The notes beneath the pieces were generated by a model. It saw nothing but the letters and a program-made list of their open reading frames with translations, made no database searches and was not told the DNA's origin. Shown here in pieces: positions 60,854-64,000 of a DNA stretch of 64,000 nucleotides. The stretch is from a virus. The number at the start of each line of letters is the position of its first letter. Positions within the stretch are counted from its first letter, which is position 1. The position numbers and the translations under genes were made by a program. Location: IMG/VR virus record IMGVR_UViG_3300020406_000005, positions 1 through 64,000 of that record. The stretch is one strand, 5' to 3'.

Positions 60854-62947
60854 TTAATCTCCAGCTATCTTGCCTAGGCTGTTTTCGACTCTGTTATCTA
60901 TTTCCTGCTCTAATATTTTTGCAGGTATTCTTCTTTTTTCCCCGTCAACATTAACTTCTGCGACCAAATTTACTGAAACGTTGTTATTGTTTATGTTTTG
61001 CACCCTAAGAGGTATGCGAGATAAATTCATGTCCTCTATAGGCGTAAGCTCTTCTCGTAGTCTTCGCCTCTTCCCAACGTCTTCCCTTGTAACGTCAAAG
61101 TTAATGTCGTCAAGTGTTATTCCTGTGCCCTGCAGGGTCTCTTGCAGATCTGACTGAAAAGTTTTCAAATTCGTACGAACTTTTTTACCGGTATCGGGCT
61201 TTGGCAAGGCATATGCACCTTGTTTATTTCCCTCTTCGCCGCGTTTTATCAGCGATGCCTTAATTTTTGCCAGGGCAGCAGTGTCGTTGCTCATCCGGGC
61301 CTCAGTCAAGGCGCGCAGTGTGGTTCGATATGCAAATTCATTTACGTCTTTTATTCCAAGTAATCCAGATCGAGCCACAGGGCCCAGGTCTTTAAACAAT
61401 TCTTGAACTAAAGAGTCTTCACTTCCTAATAGCATACCTCGATTCGCAATCTCAGTTATTGCTCTCCCGCGTTCCATGGTGCCTTCAGCAGTTAATGCGT
61501 TGGTCAAGAGTTCATTTAATTTACGAGGGTCAACAGAACCATCCTGCGTGGCTTTTACAAGCCTTTCCAGCGTTCGAGGGTCAACAATATCTGGGCGGTC
61601 CATTGCCCGGGCAACCAAATCAGCTGACAAGCCTCTTCTCATAGGTCCGAATGTAGCCAATACTCCTGCAAGCTCTGGCAGTGTTCGTGCACGGTCGGCG
61701 CCGGTGATGTCGCCAGGAGCGAGTCCTTCAAGCAAACGTTCCCGGCGTGCACGAAAAGCCCTTGCATCGTCCGAGTCAAATCTTTGAATGATCTCATCAG
61801 ATGCTATTTTAAAAGCTTTGACTAAATCGTCGGTGCTCATCTCTAGCTGCTTGAATTTTTCAGCTGAAGCTCCAGTAACATTTCGGTCTACAGCTTCGCC
61901 AATCTTATCCTTTACAGAAGCATCACCGGTCATAAGAAACCTTCTTGCTGTGTCTCTATCGAAGCCTGGTAGTGCTTCAACCACTGATGCGAGTGCAAAT
62001 TTTCCAGCTGCCGAACCTGACTTAATATCTCCCATAATTGCAGGATCAGTAATAATTGCTTCTCTTATTTTTTCTGCCCGGGTTGCGTCGTCCATCATTA
62101 AAAGCTCTGTAGCAGAAAAAGCATTTCTGCCCAAAAGCTGGTTTATTGAGGCAGCTGCTGACGAGGCACCCTGGATTGTGTCCATTCTCGCGCCGAAGCC
62201 GGAACTGAGGTCGCCAACAGATATACCTGTTTGAAGAGAAAGTTTCTGAAACTTGACAAATTGATCTTTTATTGTTGTAAAGTCATATGCTAAATTCTTA
62301 GTAAGAAGTTGAAAGTTTCTAGAAACCTCTTCTGGTGCCATCTTTAAACTATTAGCCATATCTTTAATTGCAAAATTAAAAGACCGGACTTGCTTTTCAT
62401 TTAAGGCAAAAGAAAATATTGCAGAATCAACATTTTTAGCAAACGAGCCCACACTCAAGCCCAGTTGCTCTAGCGTAGCTGCTTGAGCTGCTAGTTGTGA
62501 TGTTAGTGTTTCAGTCTGACCAGTAAGTGTGCCAGTTACCTTTAAATTGGCACCCGAAATTTGATTGAAAAAAGCGAATCTTTCAGATAGTGCTTTGTAT
62601 GCTGCGGCTCCGGCTTTGGCGTTACCAGTTAAAATTTCTAAGTTTTGTGCTGCGCCCGAGATTCCCTCAAGTATAGAAGGCTCAAAAGCAATGCTACCAA
62701 AGGCACCCTGTAGTTCATTTGCTGCGTCCTGAGTGGCTTTGAGTTTTTCCGTTAATCTAGCTGCCTCATCGGTTACACCGCCTAAGTTATCTCTAAAATC
62801 TTTGCTGCCGACAGGAGCAGTCGTAAACCGATTTTTCTGAGATTCTACACGATTATACAGGTTTGCAAATAACTTTTTGCTAGCTTCAGATAAAGTATCC
62901 CACTCTGCCCTATCTATGCCCAGTCCTGGTGGTAAAGGTGTTGCCAT
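60854..62947 (-). CDS. tape-measure-like protein
   Basis: Long Ala/Gly/Leu-rich helical protein in the canonical position. Confidence 0.6.
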   Translation of the reverse strand: MATPLPPGLGIDRAEWDTLSEASKKLFANLYNRVESQKNRFTTAPVGSKDFRDNLGGVTDEAARLTEKLKATQDAANELQGAFGSIAFEPSILEGISGAAQNLEILTGNAKAGAAAYKALSERFAFFNQISGANLKVTGTLTGQTETLTSQLAAQAATLEQLGLSVGSFAKNVDSAIFSFALNEKQVRSFNFAIKDMANSLKMAPEEVSRNFQLLTKNLAYDFTTIKDQFVKFQKLSLQTGISVGDLSSGFGARMDTIQGASSAAASINQLLGRNAFSATELLMMDDATRAEKIREAIITDPAIMGDIKSGSAAGKFALASVVEALPGFDRDTARRFLMTGDASVKDKIGEAVDRNVTGASAEKFKQLEMSTDDLVKAFKIASDEIIQRFDSDDARAFRARRERLLEGLAPGDITGADRARTLPELAGVLATFGPMRRGLSADLVARAMDRPDIVDPRTLERLVKATQDGSVDPRKLNELLTNALTAEGTMERGRAITEIANRGMLLGSEDSLVQELFKDLGPVARSGLLGIKDVNEFAYRTTLRALTEARMSNDTAALAKIKASLIKRGEEGNKQGAYALPKPDTGKKVRTNLKTFQSDLQETLQGTGITLDDINFDVTREDVGKRRRLREELTPIEDMNLSRIPLRVQNINNNNVSVNLVAEVNVDGEKRRIPAKILEQEIDNRVENSLGKIAGD

Positions 62948-63003
62948 ATTTAAAAATCCGCCTGTTTTGGTGTCTTATACTTTAAATAGAAAAAAAAATA
63001 TTT

Positions 63004-63159
63004 TTATTCACTAGGTTGGAGGTACTTAATTAGTCTTTCTACAAACCAAGAGCGTAATTTTATAGGAAGGTTGTATGCTTCGGTAAAAGAAAAGTTGTTT
63101 TCTCTCATCAGGAAAAATATTTGTTCATATGTGACTTTTTCAATATATTCAAAAGTCAA
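63004..63159 (-). CDS. small ORF, probable frameshifted extension of the tail-assembly chaperone
   Basis: LTFEYIEKVTYEQIFFLMRENNFSFTEAYNLPIKLRSWFVERL; overlaps the upstream gene end at a T6 run; no clear SD. Confidence 0.65.
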   Translation of the reverse strand: MTFEYIEKVTYEQIFFLMRENNFSFTEAYNLPIKLRSWFVERLIKYLQPSE

Positions 63160-64000
63160 CGCGAAAAAAGGCCCACGAAAGGGGCACCTCCTTTTCGCTC
63201 GGAGTCCCGCACTCTGAGCATTCTACCGTTTGAAGAGTAGAGATTCTAGGGTAAACATCTTCGAAAAAATTTAAAATAACCTTGGCATCAGCAGCTGGTA
63301 GTACTTCTACCAATTTAGATATCATACTTCGGTCATCAATATCATTAGCTATAATTATCATTCTGCTTAACTTTGATATTGTTAGGTTAAAGTCTATGCC
63401 TAATTCTTTTTTCTTAGCTTTTTCTTCATTAATTGATTTAAGGTCAGAATCATTTATGTTTCTAATTTTAACATTTATTTTAGAAACTGGCAACTCTAAA
63501 GTAAAGCAGTTCGTTTCCTCGTCGAACAAAAACTCTGTCTCTGGTTCGACTATTTCTGTTTTGCTTAGGTTAAATTCAAATTTAGTTGACTTTTTACAAT
63601 TTTCACAATATGCGCTAGCTGCATATACCTCTCCATACCCTGTAGCACGGGCCCGAAGTAAAATTGCCAACTTATCTTGTTCCAATAAGTTTTCTGCTTT
63701 AAGATTTTTATTAGTTAAAATTCCGTCTATTAATGTGTTGAATATATTTTGTTCATTGTTTTCACTTAAAGTTGATAACAAATCTTCTTCCCTAGCAGTC
63801 ATATGCTTTATTTCAACCTTGCTAAGCCCATGGAAAGGGTTAGATTTTGGATAAAATTTGCCACCAGATGGTAAAAGCACATCTTCTGTTGGAGTAACGA
63901 ATGATAGTCCAAAAGGGTTATTGTTATTAGTCGGGACAGTAGGCGCCTGGGGTGGAGGCGCTGGTGGTGGTCCCGGTGGGTTTTGACTATTGGGATTGTA
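63149..64000 (-). CDS. baseplate-hub assembly / tail assembly chaperone (T4 gp26-like), 5'-truncated by the window
   Basis: LPSGG.FY, MTAREEDLL, D..AILL.AR..GYG, two CxxC pairs; frame is open to 64000. Confidence 0.75.
   Translation of the reverse strand, partial: YNPNSQNPPGPPPAPPPQAPTVPTNNNNPFGLSFVTPTEDVLLPSGGKFYPKSNPFHGLSKVEIKHMTAREEDLLSTLSENNEQNIFNTLIDGILTNKNLKAENLLEQDKLAILLRARATGYGEVYAASAYCENCKKSTKFEFNLSKTEIVEPETEFLFDEETNCFTLELPVSKINVKIRNINDSDLKSINEEKAKKKELGIDFNLTISKLSRMIIIANDIDDRSMISKLVEVLPAADAKVILNFFEDVYPRISTLQTVECSECGTPSEKEVPLSWAFFRVDF

Overview
This window is a fragment of a large lytic tailed-phage (jumbo-myovirus-like) genome, using the standard genetic code and coded almost entirely on the minus strand. 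Reading right to left it contains: (1) tail/baseplate genes (56.2-64 kb), including a candidate frameshifted tail-assembly chaperone and a tape-measure-like gene; (2) a replication and nucleotide-metabolism block (34.5-56.2 kb) with mini PolA, a tubulin-like protein, GHKL ATPase, gp32-like SSB, RecA/UvsX, 5'-3' exonuclease, DnaB-like helicase, NrdJ, GroES, ThyX, a Cys-rich vWA lipoprotein, DnaE, dUTPase and IMPDH-family enzyme; (3) a mixed late/chaperone block (23-34.5 kb) with ClpP, GroEL, Hsp20, glutaredoxin, a PcfJ-domain protein and a stand-alone LeuA-regulatory-like domain; (4) a dense early/accessory region (2.5-23 kb) with UvsE, Tdk, a MoxR/vWA pair, four tRNAs and dozens of small ORFs under near-consensus sigma70 promoters. 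Most unusual: an array of about 14 hypervariable mini-genes at 16.8-19.8 kb joined by a conserved ~24-30 bp dual-coding junction (stop of one gene, SD and start of the next) that could act as a cassette-shuffling site; a lone plus-strand island between two CCTACA repeat fields that mirrors paralogous minus-strand genes; a duplicated covarying leader hairpin shared by the SSB and GHKL genes; two structured ncRNA candidates; and a ROSE-like thermometer before hsp20. All product calls come from motif recognition by eye, with no database searches.
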